Origin: Candidatus Collierbacteria bacterium RIFOXYD2_FULL_45_13
GTDB lineage: Bacteria; Patescibacteriota; Microgenomatia; UBA1400; MFAQ01
Direction of reading: 5' to 3'
Length of the DNA: 64,000 nucleotides
Assembly (NCBI GenBank): GCA_001774685.1
Contig: MFAS01000001.1
Location: forward strand, 607,557-671,556
In this document: positions 17,829 to 27,319 of the stretch, piece after piece
Layout of the letters: each line of letters opens with the position of its first letter
Position numbering within the stretch: position 1 is the first letter of the stretch
Made by a program: the position numbers and the translations under genes
Notes under the pieces: generated by a model
Told to the model about the DNA's origin: nothing
Databases searched by the model: none
What the model saw: only the letters and a program-made list of their open reading frames with translations

Positions 17829-18881
17829 ATGCGCTTCATACTTTTCGTCGGTGCCAGCAACACCTTGGCCGAGTCTGAAATTGAGACTCAGATCAAAGGT
17901 GCCATCCTCATTCAGCCGAATATTTATCTATTTGAATCCGAGGACAGCCAATCGGCCAAATCCCTTGCCGCCAAACTTGGTTGTAGTATCAAACTGGCTC
18001 AAGAGCTGCAGGGAGTAGCTTCCACTTCTCAGTCTATTGCCGATCTGGTTAAATCAAAAAACTTCTCGGTTACTGTCCTGGGTGGTTTCAAGGAATCCTC
18101 CAGGATGAACCAAGAAATCAAAGAGCTTCTCCAAAAAGGGCGTTTCATTCTACCCAAAGATCAGTTTGGACTTACTCCGGTACTCCTCTCAAAACACAAA
18201 ATCGATGAGTTTTTCGTCGATGAAGAGGCTGATGAAGTTTGGCAGACAATCTGGTCGCACGATTTTGAGCACTGGATCAAAAAAGACCGACGCATGCCTT
18301 ATGCCAACGCCAAGGCCGGCATTCTACCCCCAAAGATAGCACGAAGCATGATCAGTTTAGTACCCCTCGAGCCGGCGGGAAAACTTCTGGTAGACCCCTT
18401 TTGCGGTTCCGGCCGTGTCTTAATCGAAGCGGCTGAACTAGGGTATACGATTGGGGGAGCCGACATTCTTGCCGAGCAGGTTAAAGAGACAAAAGCCAAC
18501 CTTGACTTTCTGGGTTTTGAAGCCCGGCTTGAGGTTCTGGACGCAACTCACCTTTCGGACAAGTTCAGTCGAGTAGATGCCATTGTCACAGAGCCCTTTC
18601 TGGGGAAACCGAACTTAAGACCGGATCAGATTAGATATCTGGTTCCAGGCCTGCAAAAGTTATATCTAGGGTGTTTAAAGAATTGGGTAGAGGTTTTGAA
18701 GCCAGGTGGTTATATCGTTATAGTCTTCCCCACCTTCGATGACGGAAAGCATATCTATAAGACAAGCTCTGTCATTGACGGAAAGCTGGAATTAAGTTAC
18801 AATCTCCTCAAACGCGATATTCTATATTCACGTCCCAATGCGGATGTCAGGCGCGAAATCGTCGTCTTACAAAAGAAGTAA
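17829..18881 (+). CDS. SAM-dependent RNA methyltransferase-like protein (UPF0020/THUMP-associated type N2-guanine/N6-adenine MTase fold)
   Basis: Motif I region LVDPFCGSGRVLIEAAELG. It lies between rplU and rpmA. The start was moved to the ATG at 17829 to avoid overlap with rplU. Confidence 0.6.
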   Translation: MRFILFVGASNTLAESEIETQIKGAILIQPNIYLFESEDSQSAKSLAAKLGCSIKLAQELQGVASTSQSIADLVKSKNFSVTVLGGFKESSRMNQEIKELLQKGRFILPKDQFGLTPVLLSKHKIDEFFVDEEADEVWQTIWSHDFEHWIKKDRRMPYANAKAGILPPKIARSMISLVPLEPAGKLLVDPFCGSGRVLIEAAELGYTIGGADILAEQVKETKANLDFLGFEARLEVLDATHLSDKFSRVDAIVTEPFLGKPNLRPDQIRYLVPGLQKLYLGCLKNWVEVLKPGGYIVIVFPTFDDGKHIYKTSSVIDGKLELSYNLLKRDILYSRPNADVRREIVVLQKK

Positions 18882-18941
18882 TGATCGACGCAGTCTAGAT
18901 ATAAAATAAAATATACAATTTAAAATCCAATATAACTAACT

Positions 18942-19193
18942 ATGGCACACGTTAAATCCGGAGGAGCAACCAGACAACATGCTCAGCGAGCAGGTAAAAG
19001 ACTAGGGGTAAAAATATACGGAAGTCAGACGGTCAAAACCGGTCAGATCATTGTCCGACAGCGTGGAGCTGATTTTCATGCCGGACTAAACACAGAGCTC
19101 GGAAGAGACTTTACGCTTTTTGCCCTCAAAGAAGGCACGGTCCTATATAGAAAATTGCATGGCGTTAATTACGTTGATGTAATCGCAAAATAA
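18942..19193 (+). CDS. rpmA: 50S ribosomal protein L27
   Basis: MAHVKSGGATR...RLGVKIYG...IIVRQRG..FH.G, typical of bL27. Confidence 0.9.
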   Translation: MAHVKSGGATRQHAQRAGKRLGVKIYGSQTVKTGQIIVRQRGADFHAGLNTELGRDFTLFALKEGTVLYRKLHGVNYVDVIAK

Positions 19194-20132
19194 ATGGACG
19201 ATCAACCGGTTACTATACTCCCGATAGATTATTTACAACCGAATCCGCTTCAGCCCAGAGGTGTCATTACCCCCGAATCTCTTTCAGAACTTATTGATTC
19301 TATAAAAACCCACGGCATTATCCAGCCACTCGTCGTCGCCCACACTCCTGCTGGATATCAAATTATCGCCGGGGAACGTCGCTGGCGTGCTTCTCGCTTA
19401 GCCGGACTCAAAGACGTACCGGTTCGCATCATCGAAACTTCCCCTCAGGGAATGCTGGAGATGGCCATCGTCGAAAATGTCCAAAGGACAGACTTGAACC
19501 CCATCGACCGTGCGAACTCGTTTGATCGGTTGGTCAGAGAATTCAATTTGGGAAACTCGGATATTTGCCAACGGATCGGCAAAAGTCCAGCTTTCGTCAG
19601 CAATACACTTCGCCTTTTGGAGCTTCCGGATGCCTTAAAAGACGGCTTGATCTCGGGGGTTATCTCCGAGGGTCATGCAAGGGCTCTGGCAGCCATCCCG
19701 GATACTCAATCGATGATTGAGGCATACAAAATAATCCTTCGAGAGGGCGGGTCGGTTAGGAGGGCTGAAGAACTTGCTCGTAGATTCAAAAAGAGCATGC
19801 ATAAGTCCAAACCTCAGGATGGCTTCAATACCAAAACCGTTAATGAATCAATCGACAGTATGGCCAGTGAAATCGAAAAATCCATCGGCGAAAACGCCCA
19901 CGTCAAGATGAGAAGGTCCAGAGTTGAAACGGCCATTCACATCGTCTTAAGGGGAAACCCTGAAGAAACCGAGACCCAAATACAAAAGATTCACGACTCC
20001 TTGGTTAGCTCCGCCGCTACCTCCACAAGCCTCCCTACGACAGATTACGTCACCGAATCGGTCGTTGAAGAAACCGTTACTTCAGACACGTACACGAATC
20101 CTTTTGAGCCGTTTTCCCCCCGAGAATATTAA
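19194..20132 (+). CDS. ParB/Spo0J-family protein (ParB N-terminal nuclease-like domain plus HTH)
   Basis: LQPNPLQPR and IIAGERRWRAS (ParB box II) followed by an HTH region. No parA is adjacent. Confidence 0.75.
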   Translation: MDDQPVTILPIDYLQPNPLQPRGVITPESLSELIDSIKTHGIIQPLVVAHTPAGYQIIAGERRWRASRLAGLKDVPVRIIETSPQGMLEMAIVENVQRTDLNPIDRANSFDRLVREFNLGNSDICQRIGKSPAFVSNTLRLLELPDALKDGLISGVISEGHARALAAIPDTQSMIEAYKIILREGGSVRRAEELARRFKKSMHKSKPQDGFNTKTVNESIDSMASEIEKSIGENAHVKMRRSRVETAIHIVLRGNPEETETQIQKIHDSLVSSAATSTSLPTTDYVTESVVEETVTSDTYTNPFEPFSPREY

Positions 20133-20158
20133 ACTCCAGTTGGAATTTCGAATTCTTC

Positions 20159-20743
20159 CTATTCAATAGTTAGTGGTTCGTCCTCTGCCTTCACCGGATT
20201 CATCACCAGACCGGCTACGTTTGAAGGCCAGTATCTAAAGAAAACTTTGCCGACGATGTTTCGATAGGGTACCGGACCCCAATCTCGGCTATCGGAGGAG
20301 TGATCACGGTTATCACCAAAAGCCATTAACTCATTTGGCTGAACCGTATACTCTTCCCCGTCGTGTAAGAACTGTCCTGGTGCTGTCGTATACTCCTTGG
20401 GAAGATAAAATTCGTCTAGCATTTGTCCGTCGACGTACACCTTTCCTTCCTTTACCATCACAGTCTGGCCGGGAGTGGCAATTATTCTCTTTATGAAGTC
20501 AAAATCCTCATTTATCGGTGCCTTGAAGACAATCACATCTCCGTCTCTTGGCGCTCTCGTTCTGTAGGTTACCTTATCCGTCAACAAATATTCTTTATCC
20601 TTGAAAGTAGGAAACATCGAGCTCCCTTTTACTTGGTGCGGCTGCATCAAGAAAAGGTAAATCACCACAAAAACAGAGGCGGAGATAACGAAGGCTTCGA
20701 CAAACTCGTAGACAATATGAACCAGCTTCCGAAAGAAAGACAT
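20159..20743 (-). CDS. lepB: Signal peptidase I
   Basis: Box B GSSMFPT, box D GDNRDHSSDSRDWGPVP, box C IKRIIATPGQ, and an N-terminal TM helix. Confidence 0.85.
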   Translation of the reverse strand: MSFFRKLVHIVYEFVEAFVISASVFVVIYLFLMQPHQVKGSSMFPTFKDKEYLLTDKVTYRTRAPRDGDVIVFKAPINEDFDFIKRIIATPGQTVMVKEGKVYVDGQMLDEFYLPKEYTTAPGQFLHDGEEYTVQPNELMAFGDNRDHSSDSRDWGPVPYRNIVGKVFFRYWPSNVAGLVMNPVKAEDEPLTIE

Positions 20744-20787
20744 CAGTTAAGTTTACTTTGACTGATATAATTATTCAAGCCAGAAAA

Positions 20788-20861
20788 GGTCGCGTAGCGC
20801 AGCTGGTTAGCGCACCGCATTCACATTGCGGGGGTCACTGGTTCGAATCCAGTCGCGACCA
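20788..20861 (+). tRNA. tRNA-Val (anticodon CAC)
   Basis: Manual cloverleaf: acceptor GGTCGCG/CGCGACC, D-arm GCGC-AGCTGGTTA-GCGC, anticodon arm CCGCA-TTCACAT-TGCGG, T-arm ACTGG-TTCGAAT-CCAGT, discriminator A. No encoded CCA. Confidence 0.85.
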
Positions 20862-20901
20862 CAAACTTGTGTATTGCTATAGGTTTTGGTAAAATCACCC
20901 C

Positions 20902-21333
20902 ATGCCTAGATATACACCTGAAGTAGCCGTTCGGGTACTAAAAGATAACCCGGATATTCCGTATGAAAACAAGGCCTACTTTGAAGCTGTTCGAGACGGC
21001 ACATTATTCCAATATTATCGAGATCAAATTCAAAGATATCGAGATGAATATTCTGATGAGATTCCCCAAGCTCTTGCGAGCAGATTAGTTAATGGTGAGG
21101 AAACCCTCACGCAATACAAGTGCCAGATGACCTATGTTATTGGTTTATGCCTAACTTTAAGGGGAGCTATAGAGGACGGAACCATCGTTAATCGTGATAT
21201 TCAGGAGTGCGTCTTTCGTTTCCTAGAAAGTGATCTCAGCTTTCAGGTAGGAGACCCACAAAACGAAGGTAGAATTACCCGAATCAACCAAATTCTCGAT
21301 ATCGTTTTAACTGAATTGACGATGCCCCGTTGA
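20902..21333 (+). CDS. Hypothetical protein (143 aa)
   Basis: ORF only; no recognisable motif. Confidence 0.4.
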   Translation: MPRYTPEVAVRVLKDNPDIPYENKAYFEAVRDGTLFQYYRDQIQRYRDEYSDEIPQALASRLVNGEETLTQYKCQMTYVIGLCLTLRGAIEDGTIVNRDIQECVFRFLESDLSFQVGDPQNEGRITRINQILDIVLTELTMPR

Positions 21334-21343
21334 CACAAATCTA

Positions 21344-22771
21344 CTATTTGTCTCTTATGATATAAATCGGAGGCTCATTGGCGGCCACTTTTATCGCAAA
21401 ATAATTCGTCAACAATTTCTGTACTTTATCCGGCGCCGAGTAGGGGAAATGAATATTGTCGATAAATATATATGTTGGCAGTCTGTCCTTGAACGAGTCA
21501 ATAAACTTTGTGTACAGAACCGGCGAGTGCTCCATCCAGGGCAGGTAAAAGAGAAACTTATTAAAAGGAGTAATATTCGTCTGTTGATAAAGCAAAGTGT
21601 GGGCCGGCAAAGCAAACAAAGTATCGCCCGTTGATTTGACAGAATTTAAGTAACTCACCAACGGACTATTGTCGGCGTATCTAATCACCATTTTTCCCGC
21701 CTGATCCTGATTAGGAAAGTAGTTGGCCGGGTTTCTCAGTAACATGATCAACGGAAGCAGAAGTGCGAGTGCCCACCACATTCCTCTATCTTTGATAGAC
21801 CCAAAGAATTTGTACCAACACAAGGCACCGAGTGCCACCGCCCAAGGTAATGCATGAAAATCCAACACGTCATTTAGTCCGGGAACACTTCTATACCCAA
21901 TTACTCCCAGGAGAAATCCAAAGATCAACAAAGTACCAAACTTGATTCTTTTAAAATCAAAAATAAAAAGAAATAAAACAAGTAACTGTATCGAGACAAT
22001 ATTTGCGGACAGTGATATGTTCTTCATTACCAGTGCAGGAGCTAAAAACACCTTAAGCGTATATTTGAGGGGATTGTTAATTAAGAGTGGGGCATAGGTC
22101 AGCACGTTATAGCCAAAGAACTGGATAACAAATTCACGAACGTCCACTTGGATTAAAGCCCAGATTACCGGGATAGAAAAAGCAATCGCCCACGACAAGA
22201 CAATTCTTGGTCTCTGACGGTTACGCCATAAAAAACGGCAGGTTGTCACACAAACCAGTGGCCAAAGAGGGGATAGTAGAATAACTATTAGCCCTGTCGA
22301 AAAACCGGACAAGAGAGAACGTGTTTTCCTTTCCGCCATCGTCATCAATGATAAATAGACCATCGGATAAACTACCAAGTTTTCGGCTTGAAATAGACTG
22401 TGAAGATAGCTTGCCCGCAGGAGTTCAACAACCAGTACCAGCCACAACGAAAGCGGGCCCCATATCAACACGAGGATTAGTGCCCAAAGATAATTCCATA
22501 TCGTTACGAATGTTCTGTGAACATACACACTTTGATCGGTCCCAACCGGCTGAAAAGTTCTGTCCAGCACCTCACTCATTAAATACGCTCCCGGCAAGTG
22601 GTGGGAGAATATATCTTTGGACATCTTTAAGTTATTTCTGGACATCAGGAAGCCGGAAACAATATTGTCATCTTCATCATGAGTGTTGATGAAAGAGTAA
22701 GATGCCCGACTCAAGTTAAGTACAAGCGCAAAGATCAAAGTCACAAATAGATACGGTAACGCTCTTTTCAT
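21344..22771 (-). CDS. Polytopic membrane protein, putative GT-C-fold glycosyltransferase
   Basis: At least ten TM helices. It is co-oriented with and overlaps the next membrane protein, inside the glycan locus. Confidence 0.5.
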   Translation of the reverse strand: MKRALPYLFVTLIFALVLNLSRASYSFINTHDEDDNIVSGFLMSRNNLKMSKDIFSHHLPGAYLMSEVLDRTFQPVGTDQSVYVHRTFVTIWNYLWALILVLIWGPLSLWLVLVVELLRASYLHSLFQAENLVVYPMVYLSLMTMAERKTRSLLSGFSTGLIVILLSPLWPLVCVTTCRFLWRNRQRPRIVLSWAIAFSIPVIWALIQVDVREFVIQFFGYNVLTYAPLLINNPLKYTLKVFLAPALVMKNISLSANIVSIQLLVLFLFIFDFKRIKFGTLLIFGFLLGVIGYRSVPGLNDVLDFHALPWAVALGALCWYKFFGSIKDRGMWWALALLLPLIMLLRNPANYFPNQDQAGKMVIRYADNSPLVSYLNSVKSTGDTLFALPAHTLLYQQTNITPFNKFLFYLPWMEHSPVLYTKFIDSFKDRLPTYIFIDNIHFPYSAPDKVQKLLTNYFAIKVAANEPPIYIIRDK

Positions 22772-24087
22772 GGTTCTATTTTCCTGTTGCAGAACGGATC
22801 AAAATCTTTTTTGAAAATCGGCCATAAAAAATCTATTCTCCAGATTCTTTGAGGCACAATAAATTCAGGAATGAAAACATCTTCGATACATGTTCCCGGG
22901 AGAGTGGAGGACAGCTCGTTGAAGTAAGCTCGTGTCAGTTGAGGTCTAATGACCCAGATCTTAGCCCAGATTTCAAAACCGATCCAAGACAGTGGTATAT
23001 GGATCAGAAATACTGACAAAACCAAAACTCTTCTTATCCCGGTGAATTTCATCCTGCTCAAGAGTACCGCCACTCCAATTAATAAAAAAGAAAGGGGAAA
23101 GTATGCATAATAGTTGGCTAGGGCATGTTCGATGCCGAACTTCCATCTAGGCACTGCCAAAGTCACGAAGCTACCGACAGCCACCACTAAACCAAACAAA
23201 ACATGTTTATCTACCAATTTGCGACGAGACTTATAAATAAGAACCAATACCAACAGCAGGGGAATCGCTACGAAACTGGCTCTCAAGCTCTCACTTGGCC
23301 AGAGCCACCTTCCCGCCACAGTTTTGCTCAAACCCATTATTACAAACTTGATTATTGCCAGCGGATTAGATAGCCAAGTCTTGGGATCCGTATGTACGGA
23401 GAGATTACTCCCGATGAATGAAAAGTAGATGATTCCAAGAGTCAGCTGAGCTGATACTAAGGCATATCCGATTTTGTTGATTCTTTTTTTCAGGTAGTCA
23501 AATCCGAAGATTAGAAACGGCCAAATTGGCCAGGTCAACCCAATGCCCCAACTCAAGCCCGGCAATATCGACAAAACATATAACACCAGAACCAATATTT
23601 CTGATCTAGGTTTCTCAATAATTTTTAAAATGATCCAATAAGAAAGGAGCGCAAATATCGTGGCCAAAAAAAACATCTGTCCGGTGATCCACCATACCAC
23701 GGTAAACCAACTCGAGTTTATCACCATGCCCCACACCGGTAAACTCGCCCAAACAAAAGACTGGGTCAATCGATAAGTAATCGAGAACATCAAACCCAAC
23801 ACTATGACATGCAACAAAGTATTTATTAGCATGTAAGGGGCATAATTAATCCCAAAGAGAGACCACTCGGCTCGCAACAGAGGCCAAAAGGTGATGTTTA
23901 GATGTTCATTGTTGGGATGTCCCACCGTCTTCCAGCCTTGCCAGTCAGCCACCACTGCCAGTTCGACAACATCGTCCTGATGGAAAAATGATCTCGTCAC
24001 TCCCTGCCGATACAGCATTACCACACTAAAGATCGTCAAAACCCATCCGATAACCACGTAGAGAATGTCTATTTTAGCCGTCCTCAT
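22768..24087 (-). CDS. Polytopic membrane protein, putative GT-C-fold glycosyltransferase
   Basis: Many TM helices and a 4-nt overlap with the downstream gene. Confidence 0.5.
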   Translation of the reverse strand: MRTAKIDILYVVIGWVLTIFSVVMLYRQGVTRSFFHQDDVVELAVVADWQGWKTVGHPNNEHLNITFWPLLRAEWSLFGINYAPYMLINTLLHVIVLGLMFSITYRLTQSFVWASLPVWGMVINSSWFTVVWWITGQMFFLATIFALLSYWIILKIIEKPRSEILVLVLYVLSILPGLSWGIGLTWPIWPFLIFGFDYLKKRINKIGYALVSAQLTLGIIYFSFIGSNLSVHTDPKTWLSNPLAIIKFVIMGLSKTVAGRWLWPSESLRASFVAIPLLLVLVLIYKSRRKLVDKHVLFGLVVAVGSFVTLAVPRWKFGIEHALANYYAYFPLSFLLIGVAVLLSRMKFTGIRRVLVLSVFLIHIPLSWIGFEIWAKIWVIRPQLTRAYFNELSSTLPGTCIEDVFIPEFIVPQRIWRIDFLWPIFKKDFDPFCNRKIEP

Positions 24088-24124
24088 AAAACACCCATAT
24101 CATCTCACACGAACCAAGAGTCGG

Positions 24125-26179
24125 CTACCTTTTACGCTCCACGTAACTCACACAGGCACCCTGATTCTTAAACCCAGCCTGACTAAACTGTCGCCAACCA
24201 TCGTTTTTGCATTGTCGTTTGTCTCCGGGAAAGGTAGTACCACGAATAATTTTGTAGGTATCCACCTGACCTGCACTTATCAATTCACCACCAAACCTCA
24301 CCCACTCCGGTGACTCGTGGATATTACCCAGGTGCAGTGTGTAGTTGCCCAAACCGGACTCCTTTACCCTTACGACTAGGTCCTGACCGGTATAGCCAGG
24401 GAAAATAAAAAGCTTTTCACTGGGGAAATAATAACCCAAGGCATCATTGCAGGTTAACAACAAAACGTCACAAACCTCTAATGTCCCGGGGGATCTTAAG
24501 ATAACCACGAAGGAATTAACTCTGCTATCAGGAACGGAAGATTCAGCCAAGTTTTGGTCAAGATTTAACTGCTCAAAAATCTTCTTTACGTTATTTTGAT
24601 TAGCCAACAAATCTCCGTGCCAACCCTCCAACTCAGTTCCGACACCAAATAGCCCAACCGCGCTTGTTCTTGTTACAGATCCGTCACCCGCAGTTTTTAA
24701 GAAAGGATCAGAGCCCGTAGGCTTACCGTCCTCCCATTGATCGATGACCCTGTCTTCATCACTTCGTGGCACGATCCTTATCACTTCTCTGGTTACATTA
24801 ATGTCATCACTCCAAAAAGGGGTAAGCTTACTTCCCAGATCAGTCACATTCTCGTTCATGGTTTTCAGGTATGTATTTTTCTGAGACATTGCGTCAATTG
24901 TTACCAGCTCTTCCCCTGACATCAGAAAAGGATTGGTAGGCATTAGATCAATAATTGAAGGGGAAACCCGACGGATAGCCTTAATTTTCGTTTCATTCGG
25001 GCGTCTATTTATTTCCGTGGCGATCTCCAATAGCACGTTTTCCCACCACACTCCATTCCAGATTCTTGCACCCTCCCAGAGTCCATACATGTCCACCACT
25101 CCTTGGTGAGGTGACCCGGCGGTCAGAATCTGATCAACATTTAAGACCCCGTGTTTTTGCGCATACGCCCTGGCCACCAATCCTCCCATGCTATGACCTA
25201 TCAAATCGACCTTCTCATTCCCAAGATTTCTGCTGTCAATAAATTGTTTCAGGTCGTCCGCCAGATCATCTAACGGTTTTCGCCAATCATATGGAAACAC
25301 AAACAAATCCGTGTCATCCTCGTAGCCGGCGTTTCTAAACGACTTGAGTAGCCCGTCATAATTTTTCACAAAAGGCGGAACCGCCCAATTATTCCCATCT
25401 TCTCCCGCCAATATCGCCTCTAGATCCCAACTCCCCCCAAACCCCGGCAAGACAATGACTGGGTGTTTTACAACGGGGTCCGCAATTTCATTGACAGTTA
25501 TATTGTAGATCTCAAAGGGTGACCACGCGCCGATACCCAAAGGACCGACGGAATTTCCAAACCAAATATACTTTGGTCTCCTTTGGTTTGTGTTAGAAAC
25601 ATAATTCGGAGTGTCGGCACCATCGTAATAAAATGAATATTGACCAGTGTCAGAATATATTATTTTAATTTCATGAGGATTTAGGTCGTGAGAACTCGGA
25701 ACGTTATTCAATAACTCTAGCGTGTTGCAATCCGTGCCATCCGAATTACACATGACTTTTTGAGAGTACAAACCATAATCTGCACTCTGCCAAACTGAAA
25801 ATGTGATATATCCAGGGATGTCAGATCCAGGGTCTACACCATTTGTGGGATATCTGTCCGCCGATATCGTTATACCATCACCATAACCTCCAACAGCAAG
25901 ATATTTGTAATTTATTAGTATTGAAAAAGGCCCAGTTTCAGGAAAGATATCCGGTTTTGAATACACATATGGAAACATCGAGGACCCACCAATTGCTCCA
26001 GAAAGAACGACCTTTCCTTGATCAACCGTAATCTGTCCGGAATTAAGTGATACGTTCCATTTACTAAGGTCTATTGTGTTTCCTGTAAAATCATCACTAA
26101 AGAAAGAAAATGCTTTGAGTGGAAAGAAGAAAAACATTAAGCAACAAAATCCAAAAAAAACACTCTTTTTTGCAGGCAT
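24125..26179 (-). CDS. Secreted alpha/beta-hydrolase (lipase/LCAT/PGAP1-like, GHSMGG nucleophile elbow) with an N-terminal lectin/LamG-like domain
   Basis: Signal peptide MPAKKSVFFGFCCLMFFFFPLKAFS. IGHSMGGLVARAYAQ (GxSxG). An N-terminal ~230 aa beta-rich region. Confidence 0.6.
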   Translation of the reverse strand: MPAKKSVFFGFCCLMFFFFPLKAFSFFSDDFTGNTIDLSKWNVSLNSGQITVDQGKVVLSGAIGGSSMFPYVYSKPDIFPETGPFSILINYKYLAVGGYGDGITISADRYPTNGVDPGSDIPGYITFSVWQSADYGLYSQKVMCNSDGTDCNTLELLNNVPSSHDLNPHEIKIIYSDTGQYSFYYDGADTPNYVSNTNQRRPKYIWFGNSVGPLGIGAWSPFEIYNITVNEIADPVVKHPVIVLPGFGGSWDLEAILAGEDGNNWAVPPFVKNYDGLLKSFRNAGYEDDTDLFVFPYDWRKPLDDLADDLKQFIDSRNLGNEKVDLIGHSMGGLVARAYAQKHGVLNVDQILTAGSPHQGVVDMYGLWEGARIWNGVWWENVLLEIATEINRRPNETKIKAIRRVSPSIIDLMPTNPFLMSGEELVTIDAMSQKNTYLKTMNENVTDLGSKLTPFWSDDINVTREVIRIVPRSDEDRVIDQWEDGKPTGSDPFLKTAGDGSVTRTSAVGLFGVGTELEGWHGDLLANQNNVKKIFEQLNLDQNLAESSVPDSRVNSFVVILRSPGTLEVCDVLLLTCNDALGYYFPSEKLFIFPGYTGQDLVVRVKESGLGNYTLHLGNIHESPEWVRFGGELISAGQVDTYKIIRGTTFPGDKRQCKNDGWRQFSQAGFKNQGACVSYVERKR

Positions 26180-26212
26180 ATTATAATCATTTCACTTAAA
26201 TCAAAAAAGTCA

Positions 26213-27319
26213 ATGATCGGACGAACGAACAAATTAGCCATTTTTCACAATTTGCCAGAAGGAGGGGGACTAAGAATGCTTAAGAGTATTATCCATAGAT
26301 ATTCGGAAAAGTACGACATCTCGTTATTTGTAATAAGTGATTTAAAACCAAAACAGATCAAGGGGGCAGATCTGAAATACACCCAGGTTAAGCCATGGAG
26401 GGGGTTCGTTGGAAGAAATCTATGGATTTATTTTGTTCTTCCAAGAATTCATGCGTCATTAGCAAAAACAATCAATAAAAACTTTGATACAGTTTTTGTA
26501 AATCATGACTATTTTACGAAATCACCCTACTTGTTAAGGTATTTAAAGAAGAAAAGTATTTATTTGTGTCAGGAACCACCAAGAGAATTTTATGAACCTG
26601 CCAAATTCCATGCACCAAACTTGAAAGATAGAATAGCCAACACTCTAAGGTACCCTATCAAGATTATCGACAAAAGTAATGTCAAAAAAGCAGACACTAT
26701 AATATGTAACTCTAAGTATTCCCAGGGCTCAATGTCGAAGATATACGGTAGAAAATGCGAAGTCGTCTATCCAGGTGTTGATACTCGATACTTTAGACCT
26801 TGTAATAACAAAGGGGACACGATTCTCTGTGTAGGTGGAATAAACACTGTTAAAGATCAACTGTTTCTGGTTGATGCTCTTAAACCCATCCTTGACACAT
26901 ACAAACTGGTTCTGGTTGGACAAGGCAAGAGAGAATATATTGACAAACTAAGGAAAGCAGGCGGAAATAGTAATAACCTTGTTATCATCCCAAACATAAC
27001 TGATCGAAAGCTAAAAACTCTATATTGCAGATCGTTGGTCACATGTATCTCAGCTCACAATGAACCATTTGGACTTTCATCGATTGAATCTCAGTCATGT
27101 GGTACTCCCGTGGTATCCATATATGAAGGTGGACCTAGGGAAACGATTATTAATGGGAGGACTGGTTATTTCTCAAAAAGGGACGCAGGGGGATATCGAG
27201 ACAAGGTACTTCTAGCAATCAAGAACCATCATAAGATGGGGAAGTCGGCAAGGAACAACATCATCAAAAAATGGTCCTGGAGCTTCACTTTAAAAAAACT
27301 AGACACCTACTTTAAATGA
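26213..27319 (+). CDS. Glycosyltransferase family 4
   Basis: C-terminal GT4 motif EPFGLSSIESQSCGTPVV. Confidence 0.75.
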   Translation: MIGRTNKLAIFHNLPEGGGLRMLKSIIHRYSEKYDISLFVISDLKPKQIKGADLKYTQVKPWRGFVGRNLWIYFVLPRIHASLAKTINKNFDTVFVNHDYFTKSPYLLRYLKKKSIYLCQEPPREFYEPAKFHAPNLKDRIANTLRYPIKIIDKSNVKKADTIICNSKYSQGSMSKIYGRKCEVVYPGVDTRYFRPCNNKGDTILCVGGINTVKDQLFLVDALKPILDTYKLVLVGQGKREYIDKLRKAGGNSNNLVIIPNITDRKLKTLYCRSLVTCISAHNEPFGLSSIESQSCGTPVVSIYEGGPRETIINGRTGYFSKRDAGGYRDKVLLAIKNHHKMGKSARNNIIKKWSWSFTLKKLDTYFK

